DNA from: Candidatus Bathyarchaeota archaeon
GTDB taxonomy: Archaea; Thermoproteota; Bathyarchaeia; Bathyarchaeales; Bathycorpusculaceae
Assembly: GCA_963739305.1 (NCBI GenBank)
Contig: CAVTZU010000010.1
Coordinates: 32,001 to 96,000, forward strand
DNA: 64,000 bases
Direction of reading: 5' to 3'
Shown here piece after piece: positions 40,491 through 50,327 of this stretch. Position numbers and translations under genes: made by a program. The first letter of the stretch is position 1, and each line of letters starts with the position of its first letter. Under the pieces are notes generated by a model, which searched no databases, was not told the DNA's origin, and was given only the letters and a program-made list of their open reading frames with translations.

Positions 40491-40662
40491 AGTCAGCTTC
40501 GTTCCGAATATGACATATGTCCTAGATCAAATCAGAGTGACACATGAATGAGCAGAAAATGGAAAAAATCCGAAACATACATCAGAACCCGGTTTTGTAG
40601 ACGTAAAGATTATCTACTCTCATCGAATCTCACATTTCCCCAATAGAAGGGGCGTCCGATAA

Positions 40663-41979
40663 ATGTCCAATTCAGTTTTGATCGTCGGGGGAGGCATCGC
40701 AGGGATACAAGCTTCGCTCGACCTGGCCAACCGAGGAACCAAGGTCTACTTGGTCGAGAAAACGCCGAGCATAGGCGGACGAATGGCCCAACTTGACAAG
40801 ACCTTCCCAACCCTCGACTGCTCAATCTGCATCTTGGCTCCAAAGATGATTGAATGCTTCCGGCACCCAAACATCAACCTCCTCACCTACTCAGAAGTCG
40901 GGCAGGTGAAAGGCGAAGCAGGCGATTTCACGGTCAAACTCCTGAAGAAACCACGTTATGTGGAGACTTCAAAGTGCACGGGTTGCGGGACTTGTATGGA
41001 GAAGTGTCCCGTAAAGATTCCTAACGAGTTTGACATGGGGTTGGGTAACAGAAAAGCGATCTATATGCCATTCAAGCAGGCGGTCCCTCTTGTCGCGACC
41101 ATCGACAAAGAACATTGCCTGTACTTCCAGAAGGGAATCTGCAGAGTGTGTGAAAAAGTCTGTCCGTCAAAGGCAGTCAAATTCGACCAGATTCCTGAGG
41201 AAAGCACAGTGAACGTTTCTTCAATAATTCTTGCCACAGGTTTCGACGTCTTCAACCCGTCAGCGATGAGCGAATATGGCTACGGCCGATTCAAGAACGT
41301 TATCCAATCAATGGAGTTTGAAAGAATAATAAGCGCCTCAGGACCTACTGACGGTCATCTTGTCAGGCCCTCAGACGGAAAGGAACCAGAGAGCATCGTT
41401 TTCGTACAATGTGTTGGTTCAAGAAGCCAACGTGGAGAATTTCCTTTCTGTTCAAGCGTCTGTTGCGTGTATGCGACGAAGGAATCCATCCTGACAAAGG
41501 AGCATGCTCCAGAAACTGATGTCTACATAATGTACATAGATATGAGAGCGGTTGGAAAGGGGTTCCAAGAATTTGTTGACCGAGCCAAGGAACAGCACGG
41601 AATCAAGTATATCAAGGCTCATCCGGGCGGAATAGCTGAAGACCCTATTACGAAAAATCTTCAGATCCACTATGAAGAAATAGTTACCGGCGAAATGAAA
41701 AAACTCGACGCCGGGATGGTTGTTCTCTGTCCTGCGTTGATTCCCAAGGAAGACAACAAGAAACTTGCTGAAGCAATAGGTCTGGAACTTGACAAATACG
41801 GGTTTTTTAAGTCCAGAAACAGCCTCACAGCGCCCGTAGACACAAACGTGCCTGGAATTTACGTCTGCGGTTACTGTCAGGGTCCGAAGGACATACCTGA
41901 AAGCGTCGCTCAGGCAAGCGGAGCAGCGGCCAGAGCTGCGGAAACGTTGATGTGTTTCACGAAGGAGGCAAAACCATGA
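40663..41979 (+). CDS. hdrA: Heterodisulfide reductase A-like flavoprotein, N-terminal half (FAD domain plus inserted 2x[4Fe-4S] ferredoxin)
   Basis: [36 protein letters not shown]...CP, CRVCEKVCP, EFER, QCVGSR, CSSVCC...KE and GPKDIPESV. Confidence 0.88.
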   Translation: MSNSVLIVGGGIAGIQASLDLANRGTKVYLVEKTPSIGGRMAQLDKTFPTLDCSICILAPKMIECFRHPNINLLTYSEVGQVKGEAGDFTVKLLKKPRYVETSKCTGCGTCMEKCPVKIPNEFDMGLGNRKAIYMPFKQAVPLVATIDKEHCLYFQKGICRVCEKVCPSKAVKFDQIPEESTVNVSSIILATGFDVFNPSAMSEYGYGRFKNVIQSMEFERIISASGPTDGHLVRPSDGKEPESIVFVQCVGSRSQRGEFPFCSSVCCVYATKESILTKEHAPETDVYIMYIDMRAVGKGFQEFVDRAKEQHGIKYIKAHPGGIAEDPITKNLQIHYEEIVTGEMKKLDAGMVVLCPALIPKEDNKKLAEAIGLELDKYGFFKSRNSLTAPVDTNVPGIYVCGYCQGPKDIPESVAQASGAAARAAETLMCFTKEAKP

Positions 41980-43676
41980 ACGAGAAGGAAAAACCACGAA
42001 TCGGAGTCTTTGTTTGCCACTGCGGCGTCAACATAGGTGCCGTGGTCAACGTCCCGGAAGTTGTAGAATACGCAAAGACATTGCCCAACGTCGTACACGC
42101 CGAAGGAAACCTTTACACATGCTCATCTGAAGGGCTGAGCAAGATAAAAGAGGCAATCAACAAACACAAATTGACGCGGGCAGTAGTGGCTTCCTGCACG
42201 CCTCGAACTCATGAGCCATTGTTCAGAAACGCATGTGAAGAAGCGGGACTGAACAAGTATTTGTTCCACATGGCCAACATCCGCGAACATTGCAGCTGGG
42301 TTCATCCGAAAGAACCGGCGAAAGCAACCGAAAAGGCCAAGGAAATGATCAAAATGGCCGTGGCCAAAGCCACGTTGCTGGAGCCGCAGGAAGAACCAGA
42401 AATCGAGGTTCAACCCACAGCTCTCGTGATAGGCGGCGGCGTTTCCGGGATGACGGCGGCAGTCAGCCTTGCGAACCAGAAATTCAAAGTACATTTAGTC
42501 GAGAAACAAAAAGAGCTCGGCGGAAAACTCAATGAACTGTTCCGGCTATATCCGAATGACTGTTACACCTCAGAAATATTGGAAGAGCTCGTGCAAGCAG
42601 TCCGCTCGAACCCCAACGTTACTGTTCACAACTCATCAACTGTAAAGCAAACCGACGGCTTCATCGGAAATTTCAAAGTCAAGGTGGATCACAAGGGCAA
42701 AGAAGAGCTTCTCGATGTCGGAACCATAATTGTGGCCACCGGAGCCGAGGTTCTCAAGCCGGCTGGAATGTACAGCTACGGGGAAAACAAGAACGTTGTC
42801 ACTCAGCTTGAACTTGAACAACTCATGAAAGAAAAGAGACTTGGAAAACCCAAGAACGTCATCATGATTCAGTGTGTGGGTGCGAGAGAAAACAAGGAGG
42901 GAGGCAGAAACTATTGCTCAAGAATTTGCTGTGCCGTTGCCGTCAAAAACGCTCTGTATATTAAAGAATTGTCTCCAGAAACCGAAGTTTCCATAGTCTA
43001 CAGAGACATGCAGACCTACGGCAGAGAATTCGAAGAGCAATATGAAAAGGCAAGAGAGAACTATGTTCAATTCATAAGATACGACGCTGAAAACCCTCCG
43101 GAAGTTGTCGCGTCCCCAGACGGCAGACTAGCAGTCAAGGTTCATGATGTCCTTCTCAACACTTCATTAGAGCTTGACGCTGATCTCCTAGTTCTGTCAA
43201 CCCCCCTCGTTCAACCCGGTGAAGCGAAAGAACTCTCCAAGATCCTGAAAGTCCCGCTTGGCGCCGACGGCTTCTTCTTCGAAGCACACGTTAAGCTTAG
43301 ACCAGTAGACTTCGCCACTGACGGAATATTCGTCTGCGGAACGGCTCACAGCCCAAAGACCATCGCCGAAAGCATTGCCCAAGCCTACGCAGCCGCCTCA
43401 AGAGCGGGTATCCCGATGGCTCTAAAACGCGTTAGAACTGAAGCGATAACAGCGTTCGTCAAAGAAGAGACGTGCACAGGATGTGGCACGTGTGTCAAAA
43501 TCTGTCCGTACAGCGCAATACAAAAGGACGAGAATGGAGTGGCAAGAGTGAATGATGTCCTTTGCAAAGGATGTGGAGTCTGCGCCGCGAGCTGTCCCGA
43601 AGAAGCGATCGACATGAGACACTTCAGCAACAAGCAGGTACTGGCCGAGGCAACCGCCTCGTTAGGAAGCGAGTAG
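41976..43676 (+). CDS. hdrA: Heterodisulfide reductase A-like flavoprotein, C-terminal half (N-terminal Fe-S domain, FAD domain, C-terminal ferredoxin)
   Basis: [55 protein letters not shown] and two CxxCxxCxxxCP; ATGA overlap with GGAGG SD. Confidence 0.88.
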   Translation: MNEKEKPRIGVFVCHCGVNIGAVVNVPEVVEYAKTLPNVVHAEGNLYTCSSEGLSKIKEAINKHKLTRAVVASCTPRTHEPLFRNACEEAGLNKYLFHMANIREHCSWVHPKEPAKATEKAKEMIKMAVAKATLLEPQEEPEIEVQPTALVIGGGVSGMTAAVSLANQKFKVHLVEKQKELGGKLNELFRLYPNDCYTSEILEELVQAVRSNPNVTVHNSSTVKQTDGFIGNFKVKVDHKGKEELLDVGTIIVATGAEVLKPAGMYSYGENKNVVTQLELEQLMKEKRLGKPKNVIMIQCVGARENKEGGRNYCSRICCAVAVKNALYIKELSPETEVSIVYRDMQTYGREFEEQYEKARENYVQFIRYDAENPPEVVASPDGRLAVKVHDVLLNTSLELDADLLVLSTPLVQPGEAKELSKILKVPLGADGFFFEAHVKLRPVDFATDGIFVCGTAHSPKTIAESIAQAYAAASRAGIPMALKRVRTEAITAFVKEETCTGCGTCVKICPYSAIQKDENGVARVNDVLCKGCGVCAASCPEEAIDMRHFSNKQVLAEATASLGSE

Positions 43677-43677
43677 A

Positions 43678-44464
43678 ATGATTGACAAAGACGGGTTTGA
43701 ACCGAAGATAATCGGCTTTCTCTGCAACTGGTGCAGCTACGCAGGAGCAGACCTCGCGGGCGTGAGTCGAATACAGTATCCAAGTAACATACGCATCGTT
43801 CGGGTGATGTGCAGCGGGAGAATTGACCCAACGATCCCCCTCGATGTTCTCAAGATGGGAGCGGATGGAGTGATTGTCCTAGGATGCCATCCTGGTGATT
43901 GTCACTATGTTGAAGGCAACCTTTACGAGGAAAGAAAGATCAAGATGCTGAAGAAGCTGATTGCCCTAACCGGGCTGGAGCCCGAGCGACTTGAACTGGA
44001 ATGGGTGTCCGCATCTGAGGGACAGAGGTTTGCCAGAGTTAGTGACTGAATTCACGGACAAAATAAAGAAACTGGGTCCTTCACCGCTTTCTGGAAAGCA
44101 ACCTGACCAAAGGATCCTGGATAATGTGCGGGCTGCAAAAGAGGCTGCTTCAGACTTCAAACTGAGGGTTCTGGTTGGAAGAGAAAGGGAACTTACCGAG
44201 AAGACTAACGTGTACACAGAGAAAATCCCGCAAGAAGAGTTTGATTCTCTTCTCGATGAGGTTGTGGAGGCAGAGTTCATCCGTCACAAGATATACCTTC
44301 TGACAAGAAATGTGCCGCTCTCAGTCAAGGCTCTGGCAAAGGCAGTTGACAAGAAGCCTGCCGAAGTTCTCAGAGAGATAGTTGCAATGCGCAGGGGGAA
44401 CATGATAGGATTAGACCACGTTGAAGGGACCACTCCCTTCTACAAAGCCCTAGGGGTTGAATAA
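43678..44464 (+). CDS. mvhD: MvhD-like [2Fe-2S] protein with a ~125-aa C-terminal extension ending in a winged-helix-like domain (+1 indel at ~44033)
   Basis: [34 protein letters not shown]; removing one base gives FAELVTEFTDKIKKLGPSP, continuing into ORF 43991..44464 (about 261 aa). Confidence 0.8.
43684..43766 (+). repeat. 83-bp exact direct repeat, copy 1 (5' end of first mvhD)
   Basis: Identical to 47503..47585, including third-codon positions. Confidence 0.85.
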
Positions 44465-47400
44465 ATGTCTGAAGAAAAAGATGGAAAGAAAATCGGTGCT
44501 GTTCTAGTAGTTGGCGGCGGTGTTGCAGGGATACAGGCATCACTCGATCTGGCAGATTCTGGCTTCAAGGTGTATCTGATCGACCAAGGCCCCAGCATAG
44601 GCGGAGTGATGGCTCAACTTGACAAGACATTTCCAACAAACGACTGTTCAATGTGTATCCTCTCACCCAAGCTTGTGGCAACCGGAAGACATCCGAACAT
44701 TACGATATTGACGAATGCCGAAGTAACCGGTTTGAAAGGGAAAGCAGGAAACTTCGAAGTGAAACTTCGAAAGAAGAGCCGTTACGTAATCGAAGACAAG
44801 TGTAACGGTTGCGGTGTTTGCGCACAAAAATGTCCCATCGAAGCCGTTGACATGTACAACGAAGGATTAGGCAAGAGAAATGCAATCTACGTCGAATACC
44901 CTCAGGCGGTTCCGCTGAAGTATATGATCGACCGCGAAAAATGCATCGGATGTGGAACGTGCTACGAAATCTGCAAGGCAAACGCAATTCAATACGACCA
45001 AGAGGACAGTGAAGCAACGCTGAAGGTGGGATCGATAATTCTTGCTCCAGGGTTCGAACCCTTCGACGCGAGACTCAAGAGTGAGTACGGATACGGGCGT
45101 TTCGCTAACGTGGTGACAAGCATCGAGTTTGAACGTATATTGAGCGCTTCTGGACCGTATGGAGGACTTGTGTTAAGACCTTCCAACGGGGAGATCCCGA
45201 AGAAAATAGCGTTCATTCAGTGTGTTGGATCCAGAGATTTCCAGATTGGAAATAACTACTGTTCAGCTGCCTGCTGCATGTACGGGATGAAGGAGGCGGT
45301 CATAGCTAAGGAACATACCCCCTCAAAGCTGGAAGCAACGATCTTCTACATGGACATGCGTTCCTACGGGAAGGAGTTCGACTCCTACAGGATTCGCGCG
45401 GAAGACGAGTACGGGATACGCTTTGTCAGGTCAAGAGTTGCAGGCGTGACTGAAGATCCTAGAACGGGGAATCTTCATGTCCACTATGTTGAAAATGAAA
45501 ACCCCAAGACCGAAGAATTTGACATGGTTGTTCTGGCTACTGGAATGCAGCCGCCGAAAGACGCCAGAAAATTGGCTGAAAACCTGGGGATTAAGCTTGA
45601 CAAGTACAATTTCTGTGAAACAGAAGTATTCTCTCCGATGGAAACGTCAAAGCCAGGTATATTCACCTGCGGCGCGTTCAGTGCTCCAAAAGACATCCCA
45701 GAAAGCGTTGCGCAGGCGAGCGGGGCAGCTGCAAAAGCGATGAGTGTAATTGCGGCCGAAAGAGGAACGCTTGCCGTAACAAGGAAGTATCCGCCTCAGA
45801 GGGATGTCAGCAAAGAGGAACCACGCGTCGGTGTTTTCGTCTGTCATTGCGGTATCAACATTGGCGGCGTCGTGAACGTTCCGGCGGTAGTGGAATACGC
45901 GAAAACTTTGCCAAACGTCGCTTACGCTGAGGCTAACCTTTACACGTGTTCTCAAGATACTCAGAAACTCATTGCGGAGAAGATCAAGGAGAACAAGCTT
46001 AACCGCGTTATTGTGGCGTCATGCACTCCCAGAACTCATGAACCGTTATTTAGAGAGACCGTGCAGGAGGCTGGACTGAATCAGTATCTGTTTGAGATGA
46101 CGAACATCCGTGATCAGTGCAGCTGGGTTCACATGCATGAGCCTGAAGAAGCAACCAAGAAAGCCAAAGATTTGGTGCGATCGGTCGTCGCGAAAGCCAG
46201 ACTCATGAAACCTTTGGAAAAGCCCCTCATAAACATCACACCTGTTGCCTTGGTCATCGGAGGAGGCATTTCTGGAATGACAGCAGCCCTGGAGCTGTCA
46301 AAACAAGGCTTTCAGGTGCATCTTGTCGAAAAAGAGAAGGAACTAGGTGGACACATGCGAACTGTCCAATACCTGCTGGAGGGAAAAGAGGATCCAAAAA
46401 AGAAACTGAATGCACTTGTCAAAGCTGTTGTGGAAAGCGACAAGATCTGCGTGCACACCTGTGCGGAAGTGATTGATGTTTACGGTTTCGTCGGCAACTT
46501 CAAGTCCAAGATAAAGCATCAGGACAGCAAGATCCAAGAAGTCGAACATGGAATCGTCATCGTTGCGACAGGCGCAGTCGAATACAAACCTGTCGAGTAC
46601 CTCTATGGCAAAGACCCAAGAATCATGACGCAGCACGAACTTGAACAAGAGATCGCCAACGGCAAATTCAAGGCTAAGAACGTCGTCATGATCCAGTGCG
46701 TCGGTGCCCGAAACGATGAGAGACCCAACTGCTCAAGGATTTGCTGCGGACAAGCCGTGAAGAACGCACTGAAGATTAAGGAAACAAGCCCTGCCACCGA
46801 AGTGTACGTTTTGTACAAGGATTTGAGAGCGTACGGTTTCAAAGAAGACTGCTACCGCGACGCTGCAATGAAAGGGGTTCTCTTCGTCAACTATGACGAT
46901 GAAAGAAAACCGCAAGTCTGCAACGAGGACGGCAAACTGAAAGTCACGTTCTGGGAACCAGTTATCAAGGAAGAGGTTGACGTAGAGCCAGACCTCGTGG
47001 TTCTGAGTGCAGCCACGATTCCCAATCCTGGAAACAAACGCTTGGCAGAAATGCTGAAGGTGCCACTCACAAAAGACGGTTCCTTCCTCGAAGCACACAT
47101 GAAACTCAGACCAGTCGACTTCGCCACAGAAGGCGTGTTCCTCTGCGGAATGGCACATTCTCCAAAGTACCTTGATGAAAGCATTGCCCAAGCCTGTGCC
47201 GCCGCCGCGAGAGCGACCACCATACTTTCTAGGGACAAGCTTGAGATGGAAGGAATTGTCGCGAACGTGAACGAAGACTTATGTAGTGGTTGTAGGGTCT
47301 GTGAGTACCTGTGTCCTTACGGTGCAGTTGAAATGAAGGACAAGGAAGGAAAACCCATCGCACACATGATTGAAGCTCTGTGCAAGGGTTGCGGTGCGTG

Positions 47401-47500
47401 CGGCACGGCGTGTCCAACCAAGGCCATTACGATGGGGCACTTCACGACTGAAGAGATACTTGCTCAAGTCAGAGCTACGTTGGTGGAGGCAAAAGCATGA
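44465..47500 (+). CDS. hdrA: Large (1011 aa) heterodisulfide reductase subunit A with two FAD domains
   Basis: FAD1 with ferredoxin insert ([12 protein letters not shown]), internal [10 protein letters not shown] domain, FAD2 and C-terminal 2x[4Fe-4S]. Confidence 0.92.
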   Translation: MSEEKDGKKIGAVLVVGGGVAGIQASLDLADSGFKVYLIDQGPSIGGVMAQLDKTFPTNDCSMCILSPKLVATGRHPNITILTNAEVTGLKGKAGNFEVKLRKKSRYVIEDKCNGCGVCAQKCPIEAVDMYNEGLGKRNAIYVEYPQAVPLKYMIDREKCIGCGTCYEICKANAIQYDQEDSEATLKVGSIILAPGFEPFDARLKSEYGYGRFANVVTSIEFERILSASGPYGGLVLRPSNGEIPKKIAFIQCVGSRDFQIGNNYCSAACCMYGMKEAVIAKEHTPSKLEATIFYMDMRSYGKEFDSYRIRAEDEYGIRFVRSRVAGVTEDPRTGNLHVHYVENENPKTEEFDMVVLATGMQPPKDARKLAENLGIKLDKYNFCETEVFSPMETSKPGIFTCGAFSAPKDIPESVAQASGAAAKAMSVIAAERGTLAVTRKYPPQRDVSKEEPRVGVFVCHCGINIGGVVNVPAVVEYAKTLPNVAYAEANLYTCSQDTQKLIAEKIKENKLNRVIVASCTPRTHEPLFRETVQEAGLNQYLFEMTNIRDQCSWVHMHEPEEATKKAKDLVRSVVAKARLMKPLEKPLINITPVALVIGGGISGMTAALELSKQGFQVHLVEKEKELGGHMRTVQYLLEGKEDPKKKLNALVKAVVESDKICVHTCAEVIDVYGFVGNFKSKIKHQDSKIQEVEHGIVIVATGAVEYKPVEYLYGKDPRIMTQHELEQEIANGKFKAKNVVMIQCVGARNDERPNCSRICCGQAVKNALKIKETSPATEVYVLYKDLRAYGFKEDCYRDAAMKGVLFVNYDDERKPQVCNEDGKLKVTFWEPVIKEEVDVEPDLVVLSAATIPNPGNKRLAEMLKVPLTKDGSFLEAHMKLRPVDFATEGVFLCGMAHSPKYLDESIAQACAAAARATTILSRDKLEMEGIVANVNEDLCSGCRVCEYLCPYGAVEMKDKEGKPIAHMIEALCKGCGACGTACPTKAITMGHFTTEEILAQVRATLVEAKA

Positions 47501-47937
47501 AGGACAAAGACGGGTTTGAACCGAAGATAATCGGCTTTCTCTGCAACTGGTGCAGCTACGCAGGAGCAGACCTCGCGGGCGTGAGCCGGATACAGTATCC
47601 TCCAAACATCAGAATTATACGTGTGATGTGCAGCGGGAGGATTGACCCTGTTTTTGTTCTCGAGGCTTTCAAGGATGGTGCAGACGGCGTGCTCATTGCA
47701 GGCTGTCATTTACCATCAGACTGCCATTACATAAGTGGAAATTTCAAGGCATTGCGGCGAATCACGCTTCTGAAGAAAGCGTTAAAGGAATTTGGAATCG
47801 AACCAGAGCGTCTGCGACTGGAATGGATCTCAGCCAGCGAAGGAGACAAGTTTGCTGCTGTGGTTCGTGACATGGTGGGAGAAATAAAGAGTCTAGGACC
47901 TAACCCGGTTAAAGCCATGGAGGCTCAAGCACAATGA
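47497..47937 (+). CDS. mvhD: F420-non-reducing hydrogenase iron-sulfur subunit D
   Basis: [18 protein letters not shown]...DCHY and WISASEG; standard length. Confidence 0.92.
   Translation: MKDKDGFEPKIIGFLCNWCSYAGADLAGVSRIQYPPNIRIIRVMCSGRIDPVFVLEAFKDGADGVLIAGCHLPSDCHYISGNFKALRRITLLKKALKEFGIEPERLRLEWISASEGDKFAAVVRDMVGEIKSLGPNPVKAMEAQAQ
47503..47585 (+). repeat. 83-bp exact direct repeat, copy 2 (5' end of second mvhD)
   Basis: Identical to 43684..43766. Confidence 0.85.
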
Positions 47938-48452
47938 CTGAAAAGAAGTCGGTGAAAGCATCGGAAATCAAATCTGATTTCAAGTATGAGATTTCGAAAA
48001 TGCATGGCGGAGAAAAACTGATGCGATGTTTCCAGTGCGGAACATGCACGTCAGACTGTCCAATCGCTAGGTTCAGCGACACCTACAGGCCCAGACAGAT
48101 AATTCGAATGGCACAGCTTGGACTCAAGGATCGTGTGCTGAACAGTGACACTTTGTGGCTGTGTGCAGCATGCTTCACGTGTACGGACAGGTGCCCACAG
48201 GACGTTGAGGTTGCAAGCGTCATACGCGTTTTGCGAAACCTCGCTGCGGAACAAGGACACATACCCCAAGTGTTCAAAGAAGAGTGCGCAAGCATACTTG
48301 AATCGGGCTACGCCTACAGGATTCCTGAGCTGAGGTTGAAGAAAAGAGACAGTCTGGGGCTGCCGCCTTTGCCGAAGGGCAATCCGGACAGTTTAGGCAA
48401 GAGTCTGCACGGCGTGAAGTTTCTAAAGCACGTTGAAAAAAAGGGTGACTGA
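47934..48452 (+). CDS. hdrC: Heterodisulfide reductase subunit C
   Basis: [12 protein letters not shown] and [14 protein letters not shown]. Confidence 0.92.
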   Translation: MTEKKSVKASEIKSDFKYEISKMHGGEKLMRCFQCGTCTSDCPIARFSDTYRPRQIIRMAQLGLKDRVLNSDTLWLCAACFTCTDRCPQDVEVASVIRVLRNLAAEQGHIPQVFKEECASILESGYAYRIPELRLKKRDSLGLPPLPKGNPDSLGKSLHGVKFLKHVEKKGD

Positions 48453-48454
48453 GA

Positions 48455-49351
48455 ATGGCTCAAAAGAAGTTCCTTATGTTTCTGGGATGCGCGATTCCTT
48501 ACCGTGTGTCTGCGTTCGAAGTCTCGGCACGGAAGATACTTGGAAAGCTCGGCGTCGAGCTGGTCGAAATGCCCGAGTTCAACTGCTGCGGTCTTCCATT
48601 AGACCCCGTCAGTCATGAGATGATGCTTATTTTAGCAGCGCGGAATCTTGCCTTAGCAGAAGAGAAAGGTTTGGACATCATCACCTTGTGTCCTGGATGC
48701 GCTGGGACACTGAAGAAAGTCAACAAGATGTTGAAGGAAGACAAGGCACTGCGCGACGAGATAAACTGTCACTTGAAGGAGGCGGGGTTATGCTTCAAGG
48801 GAACCGTTGACGCGAAGCATTTCATGCAGGTGCTGATGGAAGACGTTGGACTGGACAAGATAAAGCAGTCAGTTGTGAAACCACTCACGATGATCAAAGT
48901 CGCCGAGCACAACGGCTGCCACATTTTGAGACCTAGGGAATTCATCGGTTTTGATGATCCAGAGGACCCGAAGATGCTCAAGACTCTGGTTGAGGCGACG
49001 GGCGCAACTTGCTTAGATTACATGGATGAGACTGAATGCTGCGGTGCCCCAAGTGTCGGTGTCAACGACAAAGTTGCTCTGCAGCTCGCTAGAGATAAGC
49101 TCAACCACATCAAACAGGTCAATGCAGAGGCCCTAGTAACCATCTGCCCATTCTGCCACATCATGTATGACACCAATGAGCTTCGAATTGAGAAAATGTT
49201 CAGCGAAGCTTACGGCATTCCGGTACTGCATTATCCGCAGCTGTTAGGCTTGGCGATGGGCATTCCCTCAGGAGAGTTAGGGTTTAATGAACTTCGCGTT
49301 GACAGTTCAAAAATACTCAAACAAGTTTGTGAGGCAAAGGTAAATGCCTAA
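48455..49351 (+). CDS. hdrB: Heterodisulfide reductase subunit B
   Basis: FLGC and two CCG domains (FNCCG...CPGC; HNGCH...ECCG...CPFC), HYPQLLGLAMG. Confidence 0.92.
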   Translation: MAQKKFLMFLGCAIPYRVSAFEVSARKILGKLGVELVEMPEFNCCGLPLDPVSHEMMLILAARNLALAEEKGLDIITLCPGCAGTLKKVNKMLKEDKALRDEINCHLKEAGLCFKGTVDAKHFMQVLMEDVGLDKIKQSVVKPLTMIKVAEHNGCHILRPREFIGFDDPEDPKMLKTLVEATGATCLDYMDETECCGAPSVGVNDKVALQLARDKLNHIKQVNAEALVTICPFCHIMYDTNELRIEKMFSEAYGIPVLHYPQLLGLAMGIPSGELGFNELRVDSSKILKQVCEAKVNA

Positions 49352-50327
49352 AGAAAAACTGAAAATAGCCTTCTACTGGGCAGCAAGCTGCGGCGGATGC
49401 GAAATCGCCGTCCTGGACATAAACGAGAAGATCCTTGACGTCGTGAACATTGCCGACATAGTTTTCTGGCCAGTAGCTATTGATGTAAAGTACAAAAACG
49501 TAGAAGCGATGCCTGACAAGTACATCGACATCACCTTCTTCAACGGCTCAGTCAGAAGTGAAGAGCAGGAGCACATGGCCAAACTGCTCAGAAAGAAATC
49601 CAAGACGCTCGTTGCCTTCGGTTCGTGCGCGCAGGAAGGATGTGTACCCGGATTGGCCAACCTTCACGACCGAAAAGAAATCTTTGAAAAGGTATACGTG
49701 AAAAGCAAATCAATCTCCAACCCAACAGGCACGGTTCCTCAAACATCAACAAAAACCAAAGAAGGAACCCTGAAGCTGCCAGAATTCTATGACACGGTGA
49801 AGACACTGGATCAAACGGTTGACGTAGACTACTATTTACCCGGATGTCCACCACCCGTGAAACTAATCTTGGACGCAGTTGACGCCATAGCCAAGAACCA
49901 GTTGCCACCAAAAGGCTCCGTGCTGGCACCTCTGAAGTCCGTCTGCGACGAGTGTCCTAGAAAAAAGGAAAACAAGAAAATAACCAAGATATACCGCGTT
50001 CACGAAAAAACGCCAGAACCTGAACGCTGCCTGCTTGAACAGGGAATCATATGCATGGGTCCAGCCACACGCAGCGGCTGCGGAGCCCAGTGCTTAACGG
50101 TCGACATGCCCTGCACGGGATGCGGCGGTCCATGCCCGAATTCTCCAGAGCAAGGTGCAGCGATGTTGAGTGCGTTGGCTTCAATACTCGGATTGGAGAA
50201 CGAGCAAGACCACTACAGTGAGGAGGACGTTGAAAAACTCATGGACCAGATCGTGGATCCAGTTGGAACATTCTACATGTACTCTTTACCGGCATCGATA
50301 CTGAGAAGAAAGGTGATGAAAGAATGA
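49344..50327 (+). CDS. mvhG: F420-non-reducing [NiFe] hydrogenase small subunit
   Basis: SCGGC, FGSCA, PGCPP, CDECPR and CLLEQGIICMGPATRSGCGAQC...PCTGC. Confidence 0.9.
   Translation: MPKEKLKIAFYWAASCGGCEIAVLDINEKILDVVNIADIVFWPVAIDVKYKNVEAMPDKYIDITFFNGSVRSEEQEHMAKLLRKKSKTLVAFGSCAQEGCVPGLANLHDRKEIFEKVYVKSKSISNPTGTVPQTSTKTKEGTLKLPEFYDTVKTLDQTVDVDYYLPGCPPPVKLILDAVDAIAKNQLPPKGSVLAPLKSVCDECPRKKENKKITKIYRVHEKTPEPERCLLEQGIICMGPATRSGCGAQCLTVDMPCTGCGGPCPNSPEQGAAMLSALASILGLENEQDHYSEEDVEKLMDQIVDPVGTFYMYSLPASILRRKVMKE

Noticed and set aside
997-40606. Recurring AGACGTAA (997, 14247, 40599) as a specific regulator site
   Set aside because: Each copy lies just upstream of a TATA-like box and fits a generic BRE.
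41970-41985. Split of the first hdrA as another sequencing frameshift
   Set aside because: ATGA start/stop overlap with a well-spaced GGAGG SD, and absence of the linker found in the fused paralogue, indicate a real two-gene arrangement.
44047-44049. TGA ending the first mvhD ORF as a possible selenocysteine codon
   Set aside because: It is not at a conserved Cys position, and homology continues in another frame. All Hdr/Mvh Cys motifs use normal Cys codons.
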